Source: an uncultured Chloroflexia bacterium
GTDB lineage: Bacteria > Chloroflexota > Limnocylindria > Limnocylindrales > CSP1-4
Length of the DNA stretch: 64,000 nucleotides
Assembly (NCBI GenBank): GCA_963752475.1
Contig: CAVVYR010000008.1
Span: 544,001 to 608,000 of the forward strand
Reading direction: 5' to 3'
Below, piece after piece: positions 23,375 to 32,703 of the stretch; the first letter of the stretch is position 1; every line of letters starts with the position of its first letter. Below the pieces are notes generated by a model. That model saw only the letters and a program-made list of their open reading frames with translations. It was not told where the DNA came from and did not search any database. A program made the translations under genes and the position numbers.

Positions 23375-24357
23375 GCCGGCTCGACGCCCTTCACCTCGAC
23401 GCCCTTCACCTCGACACTGGCGATACCCGTCGGGTCCACTCCCCAGACCCAGGCCGCCGCGTCCGCATCGTCCATCACGGCGCCTCGGATCCAGGCCGTG
23501 AGCACCGCCCGAGCGTAGGTCTGTTGCGTCTCGGCGTCCAAGCTCGAGTTTCCGCAGACGAGGCCGATGAGGTCGGCCTGGTCCAGGGACCCGCAGTGCC
23601 CACCGCCCTCGATGATGCGCAGCTGCGCTGGGCCGCCGGCCGCCTCGAACATCGGCCACTGGTGTCGGTCGACCGGAGTGATGCGGTCCTCGGAGCCGGC
23701 CACGAGCAGCACCGAGGCCTCGATCACCTCCGCCGCCTCGACGGCGCTGGGCCGGGTATCGGCAGCCGTGAGCGTGGCCACGGAGCGGACGGTCGGATCC
23801 ATCTCGGCGGCCAGGATCGCGGCTCCGCCACCCATGGAATGGCCGCCCACGGTCCTGGCTGCGGGATCGAGCGGTAGGCCGGGCTGATCGTCCTCCAGCG
23901 CGGCCATGGCCACGGCATCGAGGGCCGCCAGCAGATCGGCCGCGAAGCGTTCGTGATCAGGGAAGAGCTCACTGCCCGAGCGTGGCGCCACCACCGTGAT
24001 GCCCCACGACGCGAGATGACGGAGCGTGGACTCGTACGGCTCGACGGGCGAGAGATAGCCGTGCCCGAAGGCGTACATCGCCGATCGCTCGTCCTGCGCC
24101 GGTTCAGCCTGCGTCGGCAGGGGCACGAACAGTCGCGCGTCGAACGGATCATCCGCACCGCTCCGCGGAACGCTGATCTCACGCGTCTCGACCTGGTAGG
24201 GACCCGCAGCGATGTAGTCGGCGGCCGCGTCCGTCGCTTGCGCCGTCGCAGCCCAGGCCACCGACACCGAGAGGCTCAGGAGCAGCGCCATCGCGACGAG
24301 GGCCCGGCGGACCGGCGCGCGGAGCCCTCCGATGGCGACGAGAGTCAAGCGTGTCAT
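23371..24357 (-). CDS. Secreted alpha/beta hydrolase (chlorophyllase/cutinase-like)
   Basis: FGHGY, HLASWG, GHSMGGG, GS.D, GGH. Confidence 0.8.
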   Translation of the reverse strand: MTRLTLVAIGGLRAPVRRALVAMALLLSLSVSVAWAATAQATDAAADYIAAGPYQVETREISVPRSGADDPFDARLFVPLPTQAEPAQDERSAMYAFGHGYLSPVEPYESTLRHLASWGITVVAPRSGSELFPDHERFAADLLAALDAVAMAALEDDQPGLPLDPAARTVGGHSMGGGAAILAAEMDPTVRSVATLTAADTRPSAVEAAEVIEASVLLVAGSEDRITPVDRHQWPMFEAAGGPAQLRIIEGGGHCGSLDQADLIGLVCGNSSLDAETQQTYARAVLTAWIRGAVMDDADAAAWVWGVDPTGIASVEVKGVEVKGVEPA

Positions 24358-24507
24358 CTCCGCAGTATCACCCGGCCGCCCCGCCGACGCGTGGCCTGTG
24401 CCCGAGCCCGTGTAGCATGCGTTGACACTGCCCGCCAGCGCCACCCGCATCGAGCCCACGCGTGTCCGGGCCTCCACACTCGCATGCACATCTCTCGGAG
24501 GGAACCC

Positions 24508-25962
24508 ATGAGCCACCGCGTCACACTCATCCCCGGCGATGGGGTGGGACCGGAGATCACCGCCGCCACGCGCCGCGTCATCGAGGCCACCGGCGTGAGC
24601 ATCGAGTGGGAGGAGGCCATCGCGGGCGAGGCCGTGTTCCGCGCCGGCGACAGCTCCGGCGTGCCGCAGGAGACGGCCGACTCGATCGCCCGCACTGGCG
24701 TGGCCCTCAAGGGCCCCCTGGCCACGCCCATCGGCTTCGGTGAGAAGTCGGCCAACGTGACCCTGCGCAAGCTCTTCGAGACCTATGCCAACCTGCGTCC
24801 CGCGCGCCAGATCCCCGGCGTGCCCACGCGCTACGACGGCGAGGGCGTGGACTTCATCGTGGTGCGCGAGAACATCGAGGACCTCTACGCTGGCGTCGAG
24901 TACATGGACAGCCGCGACGTGGCCGTGGCGCTCAAGATCATCACACGGCGCGGCTCGGAGAAGATCATCCGCTACGCCTTCGAGCTGGCTCGTCGCGAGG
25001 GCCGCAGGAAGGTCACCTGCGCCACCAAGTCCAACATCCTCAAGCTCTCCGAAGGTCTCTTCCAGCGTGTCTTCGATGAGATGGCGCCGGAGTATCCCGA
25101 GATCGAGGCGCAGCACCTGATCATCGACAACGTGGCCCATCAGATGGCCAAGGACCCCGCCCAGTTCGACGTCATCGTCACGACCAACCTCGCGGGCGAC
25201 ATCATCAGCGACCTGGCCTCCGGGCTGGTCGGTGGGCTGGGTTTCGCCTCGAGCGGCAACTTCGGCGACGAGGTGGCCATCTTCGAGGCCGTCCACGGTT
25301 CCGCGCCCAAGTACGCGGGGGCGAACGTCATCAACCCCACCGCGCTCATCCTCAGCTCCGTGTTGATGCTCAAGCACCTCGGTGAGGCTGACGCCGCACG
25401 ATCGATCGAGGATGCCGTCTTCGCCACCCTCGAGCAGGGCGCGGTGACCCTGGATGTCGCCCGTCAGGCCGGCAATGTGGAGCAGGCGACGTCGACCTCG
25501 GGCTTCGCCGATAGCGTCATCGAGAACCTGGGCAAGCAGCCTTCGGTGCGCTACCCCACCAAGGCGGAGCCGCCGGCGTCGGCACCGTCGTCGCTGCCGC
25601 GCTGGGAGCCCCGTCCGGTCGACCCGCCTGACACGCAGCTGCTCGGCGTCGACATCTACACCGAGATGGACGGCGATCCGCAGGCGGTGGGCAAGCTGCT
25701 CGACGAGGCCGCTGGGCCCGACTTCAAGCTGCTCCTGATGTCGGCTCGCGGGACGGTCGTCTACCCAACAGCCAACCCGCACACCGACACCGTTGGCTGG
25801 TGGCGCTGCCGCTTCGTGGCGGCCGAGGAGGGTGGGATCGTCGACGACGCGGCCATCCTGGGACTGCTGGGTCGTGTCGGCGAGCGCATGACCTGGGCGC
25901 ACGTCCAGAAGCTGCGCGTGATCGAGGGCGAGACCGGCTTCACCAAGGCCCAAGGGCAGTAG
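24508..25962 (+). CDS. icd: Isocitrate dehydrogenase with C-terminal extension
   Basis: IPGDGVGPEI, LKGPLATP, SANVTLRK, RENIEDLY, KSNILK, FEAVHGSAP, GFTKAQGQ end. Confidence 0.88.
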   Translation: MSHRVTLIPGDGVGPEITAATRRVIEATGVSIEWEEAIAGEAVFRAGDSSGVPQETADSIARTGVALKGPLATPIGFGEKSANVTLRKLFETYANLRPARQIPGVPTRYDGEGVDFIVVRENIEDLYAGVEYMDSRDVAVALKIITRRGSEKIIRYAFELARREGRRKVTCATKSNILKLSEGLFQRVFDEMAPEYPEIEAQHLIIDNVAHQMAKDPAQFDVIVTTNLAGDIISDLASGLVGGLGFASSGNFGDEVAIFEAVHGSAPKYAGANVINPTALILSSVLMLKHLGEADAARSIEDAVFATLEQGAVTLDVARQAGNVEQATSTSGFADSVIENLGKQPSVRYPTKAEPPASAPSSLPRWEPRPVDPPDTQLLGVDIYTEMDGDPQAVGKLLDEAAGPDFKLLLMSARGTVVYPTANPHTDTVGWWRCRFVAAEEGGIVDDAAILGLLGRVGERMTWAHVQKLRVIEGETGFTKAQGQ

Positions 25963-26018
25963 GCCTGGGAGTCGAAGGTCCGTAGGCTGTCCTCGCGGCG
26001 ACCCCTAGACTCATCCTC

Positions 26019-26432
26019 GTGGAAGAGGAACTCGAAGGCACCCCCGAGCTCGATCGTCAGGAGCGACCCGTGCCGCTCGACGTGCATGGGCGTCCGTTGG
26101 TGCCCCAGCGCGTGCCGGAGCTCGAGCCGACGCCGCTGCAGTCGAGCTTCATCTACCTCTCGATCGTCGTCCTCATCTGCGGCGTCATCGCTATCGGTGC
26201 CCTGGAGCTGGGCACACCCATGTCATCGCTCTGGGTCAGGATCCCAGTCCTGGTCGGCGGGATCGTGCTCCTGGCGGTCACCGTCGATGCGCTCGTGCGC
26301 GTCTGGCGCTCCATCGGTGCGTGGTGGGACGTGGACCGAGGCCGCGCCCTCTTCCGCGTCGTCTGGGTGGCCGTCATCGCGGCCTCGATCGTCGCCGTCG
26401 TGGCCATCATGTTCATCGTGCTGACGTCCTGA
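26019..26432 (+). CDS. Hypothetical membrane protein (3 TM)
   Basis: Three hydrophobic segments; coding-like codon usage. Confidence 0.65.
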   Translation: MEEELEGTPELDRQERPVPLDVHGRPLVPQRVPELEPTPLQSSFIYLSIVVLICGVIAIGALELGTPMSSLWVRIPVLVGGIVLLAVTVDALVRVWRSIGAWWDVDRGRALFRVVWVAVIAASIVAVVAIMFIVLTS

Positions 26433-27052
26433 TGAAGCGTCTCGACGATCCCGCTTCCCGTCTGCCGGTACAGGGCTTCGATGACGGTGCGCCCGAGTGG
26501 ATGGCACCGCTCCTGCGCCACTGCGCCCGCTGTGGCGGCCGTCTCGACTTCGGCCCGGTGCCGGGCGATGACCGTCCACGCTACCACTGCACCGAGTGCG
26601 GCCACGTGACCTACGTCAACCCGCGCATCGTGGCCACGGCCCTGCCCATCACCGACGAAGGTCGTGTCGTGCTCATCAAGCGGGCCATCCCGCCGGGTGT
26701 GGGCACCTGGGCCCAGCCGGGCGGCTTCCTGGAGGCGGATGAGACCGTCATCCAGGGCGCCGTACGGGAGACGCGCGAGGAGACCGGGCTCGAGATCGTG
26801 CCCACCGACATCGTGGGCATCTATCCCCAGCCGCGGGCCTCGGTGGTGATCGTCGTCTACCGCGCCGACATCACGGGCGGCGAGATGGTCCTGACCCACG
26901 AGACGCTCGACGTGCGGGCCTTCGAGGTCGACGAGCTGCCGTGGGACGGCATCGGCTTCAACACCTCGCTGTGGGCGATCCGAGACTACGTCCGCAGCGT
27001 GCGGCCCGACCTCGACGTCGAGCAGCTCGGGAGCGAGCAAGCCGACTTCTAG
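26432..27052 (+). CDS. NUDIX hydrolase with N-terminal zinc ribbon
   Basis: C..CG and C..CG...Y.NP; Nudix box GGFLE.DE....GA.RETREETG. Confidence 0.9.
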   Translation: MKRLDDPASRLPVQGFDDGAPEWMAPLLRHCARCGGRLDFGPVPGDDRPRYHCTECGHVTYVNPRIVATALPITDEGRVVLIKRAIPPGVGTWAQPGGFLEADETVIQGAVRETREETGLEIVPTDIVGIYPQPRASVVIVVYRADITGGEMVLTHETLDVRAFEVDELPWDGIGFNTSLWAIRDYVRSVRPDLDVEQLGSEQADF

Positions 27053-27129
27053 CGGCGAGACGATCGCCGCTGTCATCCGCCGCCATGTGGTCGCCAGCGT
27101 ACGACCGGCAAGTCCCCGCTCCGGCGAGC

Positions 27130-27429
27130 TCAGGCGCCGATGGTGAGGATGTTCGAGAAAGCGCCGAGTGCGCCGATGAACACGCCGAACGCGAGCACGC
27201 CGGCGGCGACCCTGGGGCGATCCTTGACCGAGATGAGGAAGACGGCCGCCACCAGCAGCACGGTCGCGAACTTGGCCACGGTCAGCAGCGCCAGCCCCCA
27301 GTCATCGTGGATCGTGGCCACGATGGGATTGAGCTCCGCGCCCAGGCCGTCGCGGGCCACCATCACCAGGAAGGTGGCGTAGTCAGCGACGTGAGCAAGG
27401 ATCAGGAGTCCGATCGCGGCAGCCGTCAT
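27130..27429 (-). CDS. Small membrane protein (DUF5658-like)
   Basis: D..T...G..ELNP...K motif, 3 TM. Confidence 0.6.
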   Translation of the reverse strand: MTAAAIGLLILAHVADYATFLVMVARDGLGAELNPIVATIHDDWGLALLTVAKFATVLLVAAVFLISVKDRPRVAAGVLAFGVFIGALGAFSNILTIGA

Positions 27430-27572
27430 GAGCCCTCCGTGCCCGCAGCGGGGCATCGTTCGTTCGGCGCGGGACCGGGCTCGCCACTGCTCGACGTGAC
27501 CCGGTTCGGCGACCGGGGCGGATCACGCGTCTTCGCTTCCCGCGTGGGAGTACAACTCGGATACGTCCGATT

Positions 27573-28742
27573 CTATCGAGTAGCGGGCGTCGTTCCGATG
27601 ACCCCGTCGCGGACCGGAATTGACATATCCGCCCAATCGGTGACACGACGCACCGGATCACCGGGCCAGACCACCCTCCCACCGATCCCCAGCCAGTCGT
27701 CGATGTGCCAGCAGATGATCGGCGCCACCGCGGCGAGGTAGGCGAACGTGCCCCACCAGCCGAGGAAGAGCGTGGCCGCGAAGACCAGCGTCCCGCCGAT
27801 GATCAGCCCGCTCGCCGAGCGCACGAACACGAGGTTGAGCCAGGCCAGGGCGACACCGACTCCGATGCGCAACGCGTTCCAGGCCGCTTTGGGCACCTCG
27901 TCGCCGAGGCCGAGGCCGTAGGCCAGCGAGTAGTACGGGCGAGCGTGCAGCGCCTCCGCCTCGCGGAAGGACCACAGCAGCGAGCCTGGGCCCCAGGCCA
28001 CCGCCGCCGGGAGCCACAGCAGCGCTGACGAGGCCAGGAATACCAGCAACGGGCCGATGCCGGCGAAGCCCACGAGTCCCGGCAGCCACGCGACGGCGTA
28101 CGGCTTGAAGGCCACCGCCAGCGCCAGCAGCACCGCACCCAGCAAGGGCAGGCGTACCGCGGCCAGCAATGCGACGAGGATGAGCAGGCCGGCGGTGGTG
28201 TCGTTGGAGCCGTCGCCGGCGGCCACCACGAACGCCGGCGTGACCGCGTACATGGCCAGGCCCAGCGGTCGCCCACGTAGCGCCAGCAGGCTCAGGACCA
28301 CGACGGCGGCGAGCAGCTCCATGCGTCCGGGATCGGCCAGGCTGGGCAGATACCAGAAGAGGGCCAGCGGACCGTAGGCGAACGGCGCGCCAGGCGGGAG
28401 CGAGGCTTCGTAGCCGTGGCCGTACGGGTTGCCACCGGCGAGGACCTCGCGTGCCGCCGCCTCGGTCACCGCGAGCACGTCGCTGTAGCCGGTCGGTGGC
28501 GCGACGCGTAGCGCGAGCCCCACCAGCAGCAGGATCACGATGGCCCCGGCCGAGAGCCGCCAGCGCAGCGAGTAGGCCAGCGTGGCCGCGACGAGGATGG
28601 CCGCGAGCACGACCATGCGTGGCGGGGTCCCGGCTTGGAGCAGCAGCACCAGCGCCACGAGCAACGCCAGCCAGACGGCCTTGTCGCTGGTCGGCATCGC
28701 GTCCGGGGTCGCCGGCGGTTCCGACGCCGGAGGCTGGCTCAC
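27573..28742 (-). CDS. Polytopic membrane protein, GT-C glycosyltransferase-like
   Basis: 'G.NPY', 'FAYGP', 'G.ND', 'A.AFK'. Confidence 0.6.
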   Translation of the reverse strand: MSQPPASEPPATPDAMPTSDKAVWLALLVALVLLLQAGTPPRMVVLAAILVAATLAYSLRWRLSAGAIVILLLVGLALRVAPPTGYSDVLAVTEAAAREVLAGGNPYGHGYEASLPPGAPFAYGPLALFWYLPSLADPGRMELLAAVVVLSLLALRGRPLGLAMYAVTPAFVVAAGDGSNDTTAGLLILVALLAAVRLPLLGAVLLALAVAFKPYAVAWLPGLVGFAGIGPLLVFLASSALLWLPAAVAWGPGSLLWSFREAEALHARPYYSLAYGLGLGDEVPKAAWNALRIGVGVALAWLNLVFVRSASGLIIGGTLVFAATLFLGWWGTFAYLAAVAPIICWHIDDWLGIGGRVVWPGDPVRRVTDWADMSIPVRDGVIGTTPATR

Positions 28743-29362
28743 TCGTCCGAGCCGGCCGACTCCCAGGTCGAATCACGCAGCACCCGACCGAGCAGGTCGG
28801 CCGCGTCCTCGAGGCGCAGCCGCTCGTCGCGGTCGAGATCGGAGATCGTCTCGGCCAGCGGGGCGATCTGGCGTACGCGGCCCTTCTCCAGTTGCTTCAC
28901 ACCCTTGGAAGTGGCCTCGATGACCACGGAACGGGCGTCATCGGGGTTCGGCCTGCGTGTGACCAATCCGTCGGCCTCCATGGCGTGGATGAGGCGCGTC
29001 ATCGTCGGTGGTCGGACGTGCTCGGCCGCGGCGAGTTCGCCCAGCGTCCGCGGTCCACCCAGCACCAGCAAGGCCAGCGCCGAGAGGCGTGCGCGAGTCA
29101 GGCCTTCGCCCGCATCGGCACGCGAGAGGTGTCGCTGCAGGACCGTGGAGATACTGGCCAGACGGGCCGCCAGCTCCATCGAGTCCACCGTGCGTCGTCG
29201 TCGGGCCTCGGCCAAGTCCGTGACCTCGGCTGCCGCAGGAGAGGACTCGTCGGCCTCGCTGATCGGTTCAGCCGTGGCTGCGGCCAGGCGCAACGCCTTC
29301 CTGCGTTCCTTCTTGCTGACCTTGCCCTTGGCCTTGCCTTTGCCCTTGGACTTCTTGCCCAT
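28739..29362 (-). CDS. MarR-family regulator with Lys-rich N-terminus
   Basis: 'LGELAAAEHV.PPTMTRLI..ME..GLV.R...P.D.R'. Confidence 0.88.
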   Translation of the reverse strand: MGKKSKGKGKAKGKVSKKERRKALRLAAATAEPISEADESSPAAAEVTDLAEARRRRTVDSMELAARLASISTVLQRHLSRADAGEGLTRARLSALALLVLGGPRTLGELAAAEHVRPPTMTRLIHAMEADGLVTRRPNPDDARSVVIEATSKGVKQLEKGRVRQIAPLAETISDLDRDERLRLEDAADLLGRVLRDSTWESAGSDE

Positions 29363-29456
29363 CGATGCCCCGGCTGACCCGCGCTACGCAGCAGTGGCGA
29401 GTAGGACTGCAGGACGCCATCCTACCCGCGCCGAGCGACCGCGGAAGGCCGTTTCG

Positions 29457-30032
29457 TCAGCCTTGGGCGCGCCGGAAGCAGCTCACGATGTGGTCGTTCA
29501 CAAGGCCCGTCGACTGCATGTAGGCGTAGACGATGACCGGGCCCACGAAGCGGAAGCCGCGCCGCTTCAGGTCGGCCGAGATGGTCGCCGCCAGCGGAGT
29601 CTCGGTCGGGATCTCGGCCATCGTCGCGAAGTGGTTGGCGATGGGCTCGCCGTCGACGAAGCCCCACAGGTACGGGTCCAGGCCACCGTCCGCCTCACGC
29701 AGGCCGAGCACGGCTCGGGCATTGTCACGGAACGCGCGGACCTTGGCCTTGTTGCGGATGATGCGACGGTCGGCCAGCAGTCGTGCCTGGCGCGTGTCGT
29801 CGTACGTTGCCATGGCCCCGGCATCGAACCCGTCGTAGGCTGCGCGATAGCCGTCGCGCCGGTTCAGGATCGTGGACCACGAGAGCCCGGCCTGCGCACC
29901 CTCGAGACAGAGCATCTCGAAGAGCCGTCGTTCATCGTGCAGGGGAACGCCCCACTCCTCGTCGTGGTAGGCGACCATCCGCGGGTCGGTGCCTGCCCAA
30001 TCGCAGCGGTGTGCCCCCCGCGGGGCGCTCAG
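29457..30032 (-). CDS. tag: DNA-3-methyladenine glycosylase I
   Basis: RC.W, YHDEEWG, LEGAQAGLSW, GLVNDH..SC; start probably CTG overlapping the upstream TGA. Confidence 0.9.
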   Translation of the reverse strand: MSAPRGAHRCDWAGTDPRMVAYHDEEWGVPLHDERRLFEMLCLEGAQAGLSWSTILNRRDGYRAAYDGFDAGAMATYDDTRQARLLADRRIIRNKAKVRAFRDNARAVLGLREADGGLDPYLWGFVDGEPIANHFATMAEIPTETPLAATISADLKRRGFRFVGPVIVYAYMQSTGLVNDHIVSCFRRAQG

Positions 30033-30790
30033 TAGACCTTCCGGACGTCCGCGGGCAGCCTCAGTTCGAAGGCTGAGTCGAGGAGCGTCGGGTCGAGGTC
30101 GAGCGCGGTGACCTCCGCGTGTCGCGTGACGCTGTCACCGATGCGCTCGGTCAGCAGCACCACGAAGCCACTGTCGCGCGCGATCCCGACGTCGATGGAG
30201 CGATCGGGCCGGTCAACGAGGACCTTCGCCGAGCGTGGATGCCGGGACCGCACGATGACTGCTTCCCGACCAGCCACCGACTGCGTGCCGACGACTGCGA
30301 GGGGACCGGTGACGAGGACATTGCGGAACAGCCCGTGAGGGTGGATGAACGTCTCGGCCAGGCTGCCCGCCGGCAGGCGCGTCAACGGCTGGTACTGGCG
30401 CGCGAACGTCGGCAGGTCGTCCTGGTCGGAGCCAGCCACGCGAGCGGGCAACGCTCGAACACTCGCGACGTTGGTGGCCGCGTCGTAGGCCGTTGCGGTC
30501 GCGCCGTCACTGAGCCAGATGGCGTAGTCGCGTGTGAGTTGCTCCGCACTGCGTCGGGTGGTGACGCGGGCGTGGCCCGGGTGCTTGAGCTGGACCTCGA
30601 CGGTCGAGACCTGCTCGCCCTTGGCGTTGACCACGCGGTCCTCGATGGACATGCGCAGCGTCTGCACCCGCAACTCGGCCTCACGAGCGAACGAGAACAA
30701 CTCCTCGATGGTGGGGGCTTCGTCGGCCATGGCCACGCGCGCCGCGGAGGGCGCGATCTGGTCCTGACCTGTGGGGATGAGGTCTGACAT
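30029..30790 (-). CDS. LolA-like fold hypothetical protein
   Basis: 'K.PG.AR', 'W.SDG', C-terminal 'F.L.LP.D'. Confidence 0.55.
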   Translation of the reverse strand: MSDLIPTGQDQIAPSAARVAMADEAPTIEELFSFAREAELRVQTLRMSIEDRVVNAKGEQVSTVEVQLKHPGHARVTTRRSAEQLTRDYAIWLSDGATATAYDAATNVASVRALPARVAGSDQDDLPTFARQYQPLTRLPAGSLAETFIHPHGLFRNVLVTGPLAVVGTQSVAGREAVIVRSRHPRSAKVLVDRPDRSIDVGIARDSGFVVLLTERIGDSVTRHAEVTALDLDPTLLDSAFELRLPADVRKVY

Positions 30791-30801
30791 CGCAGGTGAT
30801 G

Positions 30802-31443
30802 CTACCCGACCGACCCGCCTTGGGGAAGTGCGCGCCGCACGGCCACGACCTCGATGAGGTGGAAGTGATGGTCCTCACCCAGCGCGGTCTGGCCATCCTC
30901 CTCCTTCTCGGTCCAGTGCTCGATCTCGAAGCCGGCGAGGTACCCGCGGATCACCTCGGGCGCGGGACAGGTCATGTCTTCCTCGCCCGCGGCATCGTCG
31001 TTGTCGGCGAAGAGCATGCCGCTGAAGCGTCCGCCGACCGGGATGGCGGCGAGGATTCGCGCCCAGGTGGCCTCATAGTCGTCGGCCGGCTGGAAGGGCA
31101 GGATGAGGTTGGCGTTGAGCAGGTCGCAGCCTGGGATCTCGAAGTCCTGCAATCTCGAGACCTCCGTCTCGAGGCGATCGCGATCCGCTTCGGGCGTCAG
31201 TTCCCACAGGCGCTGGGGTCCCTCGGGCGTCATGTCCGTGGCCAGCACGCGCCAGCCACGCCGGAGCAGTTCGCGCGTGTCACGTCCGGCACCACAACCG
31301 AGGTCGACCGCGAAGCGGGGGCCTGCGGCTGGGTGTTTGCCGAAGGCCTTGGCGGCGGTCCTGGTGGTGGTCCATGAGGGTCGCTCGGCGGTCACGTCGT
31401 AGTAGTCGGGCCAGTGGGTCTCGGAAGCGTTCTTGTCGGTCAT
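30802..31443 (-). CDS. Class I SAM-dependent methyltransferase
   Basis: AVDLGCGAGRD motif I. Confidence 0.85.
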   Translation of the reverse strand: MTDKNASETHWPDYYDVTAERPSWTTTRTAAKAFGKHPAAGPRFAVDLGCGAGRDTRELLRRGWRVLATDMTPEGPQRLWELTPEADRDRLETEVSRLQDFEIPGCDLLNANLILPFQPADDYEATWARILAAIPVGGRFSGMLFADNDDAAGEEDMTCPAPEVIRGYLAGFEIEHWTEKEEDGQTALGEDHHFHLIEVVAVRRALPQGGSVG

Positions 31444-31607
31444 CGTCAGGCCAGCGTAGCGTCATGCTCGAGGCAGCGACGTCGTCAACGCCGTCCTGAT
31501 GGCGCCCGATCAGGGCCGTGGCTTCCTGGCCCACCGGGCAGAGCCTCAGGCTGCCTCACGTGACCTTCTGTGCGCTATCGCCGAAGCTCTCCTTCGCCAG
31601 GCGTACG

Positions 31608-31631
31608 ATGTCTGGTCGTCGCCGCCATGGC
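31608..31631. repeat. Site B0 (right half only; left boundary of array)
   Basis: ATGTCTGGTCGTCGCCGCCATGGC followed by tail D; left half absent or degenerate. Confidence 0.75.
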
Positions 31632-31662
31632 TGGGCGGCGCAGCCGAGGCGGCGCGCTGGGA

Positions 31663-32283
31663 CTAGTCAGCTGGTGGCCCGGTGGGCAACGGATACAGCT
31701 GGCGGCCCCCGGTCATGTCCGGGACCGGCTCGTCGGGGAACGACAGCATCTCGGCCTCGAAGATGTGGCCTTCGTATGCCAGGTCCCACGGGCCTTCCGC
31801 GTCCGCTGGGGTCACCCCGTGCAGCAGCGCATAGAGTCCCTCGTAGGCACCCTCACCGGCTAGGACGTAGAAGCTGTACCGCTTGCCGCCGCCGTTGACC
31901 CAGCGTCCGGTGCCACGCCAGCGCCCGTCCTCATCTTCCAGCAAGCTCCGGCTGACCGTGTTCATGGCGCCGTCGAGCACGTCCGACGGCTTCCAGATGA
32001 GCGTGTAGTCGAGCGTGAGCCAGAGGTCGTTCGGGAGTCGTGGGTCGCTCCACTCGACCACCTGGCGCATGAGAGCTGGCCGGCCCGTCCCGACCGTGAT
32101 CTCATACCCCCGCACGTCGGAGGGGACGTTCGCTTCGCTGAAGCTGTGGCCGTACACCTCGACCACGGTGCCGGTGACGAACGTTACCGGGGCCGGCACT
32201 TCCTGTGCCGCTGCGGTGGTTGCCAATCCGAAGCACAGCGCCAGGCTACCGAGGAGCGTCAGCGAGGCTCGAGCTGCAGGCAT
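31663..32283 (-). CDS. Secreted 'SDPRL'-family paralog 1
   Basis: Signal peptide; EWSDPRL, G.W.G.G, GEGAYEGL, YEG.IFE. Confidence 0.85.
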   Translation of the reverse strand: MPAARASLTLLGSLALCFGLATTAAAQEVPAPVTFVTGTVVEVYGHSFSEANVPSDVRGYEITVGTGRPALMRQVVEWSDPRLPNDLWLTLDYTLIWKPSDVLDGAMNTVSRSLLEDEDGRWRGTGRWVNGGGKRYSFYVLAGEGAYEGLYALLHGVTPADAEGPWDLAYEGHIFEAEMLSFPDEPVPDMTGGRQLYPLPTGPPAD

Positions 32284-32306
32284 TACGCACCTCCAAGTGC
32301 CCGCGC

Positions 32307-32379
32307 GCGGGCCGGGTCCGCCAGTGGCTTGACGCGGTCCAGGCGGCCATGGCTGGGGCCGCGCGTCATCGCCTCCCGC
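32307..32379 (-). ncRNA. c-di-GMP-II-like riboswitch, copy 1
   Basis: P1 GCGGG/CCCGC; K-turn-like GAUGA; pseudoknot CCGCC/GGCGG; 23 nt before ATG. Confidence 0.75.
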
Positions 32380-32431
32380 TAACTACGATTCTCTCTCGCG
32401 CGTCCATCAAGGCCGCCTGAGCAGCGTCCGA

Positions 32432-32478
32432 AATCGCCATGTATAACGGGTCTCGGTCTGATCGTTGCCGCCATGGCG
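32432..32478. repeat. Site B1
   Basis: AATCGCCATGTATAACGGGTCTCGGTCTGATCGTTGCCGCCATGGCG. Confidence 0.85.
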
Positions 32479-32703
32479 CAGGCAGCCGAGGTGACGATGG
32501 GCTAGTCCATGGGGTCAGGCTCGGTGGTGACCGGAACCGGAGCCTCTGGGAACGCCAGCATGTCGCCCTCGAAGACGTAGCCCTCATAGGAGACATCGGT
32601 CGGGCTTGGCATCCGCACCCCCGGTCCCCAGGGCACGGCGTGCAATCCCTCGTAGGCACCTTCGCCGGTCAACTCGTAGAAGCTGTACTTGCCGTGGGAG
32701 CTA

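Noticed and set aside
23381-23415. 15-bp tandem repeat (VEVKG twice)
   Set aside because: In-frame slippage at a C-terminus with no sign of function.
23371-25962. 860-aa and 669-aa overlapping ORFs
   Set aside because: Antisense extensions typical of high-GC DNA; the real genes are the divergent hydrolase (start 24357) and icd (start 24508).
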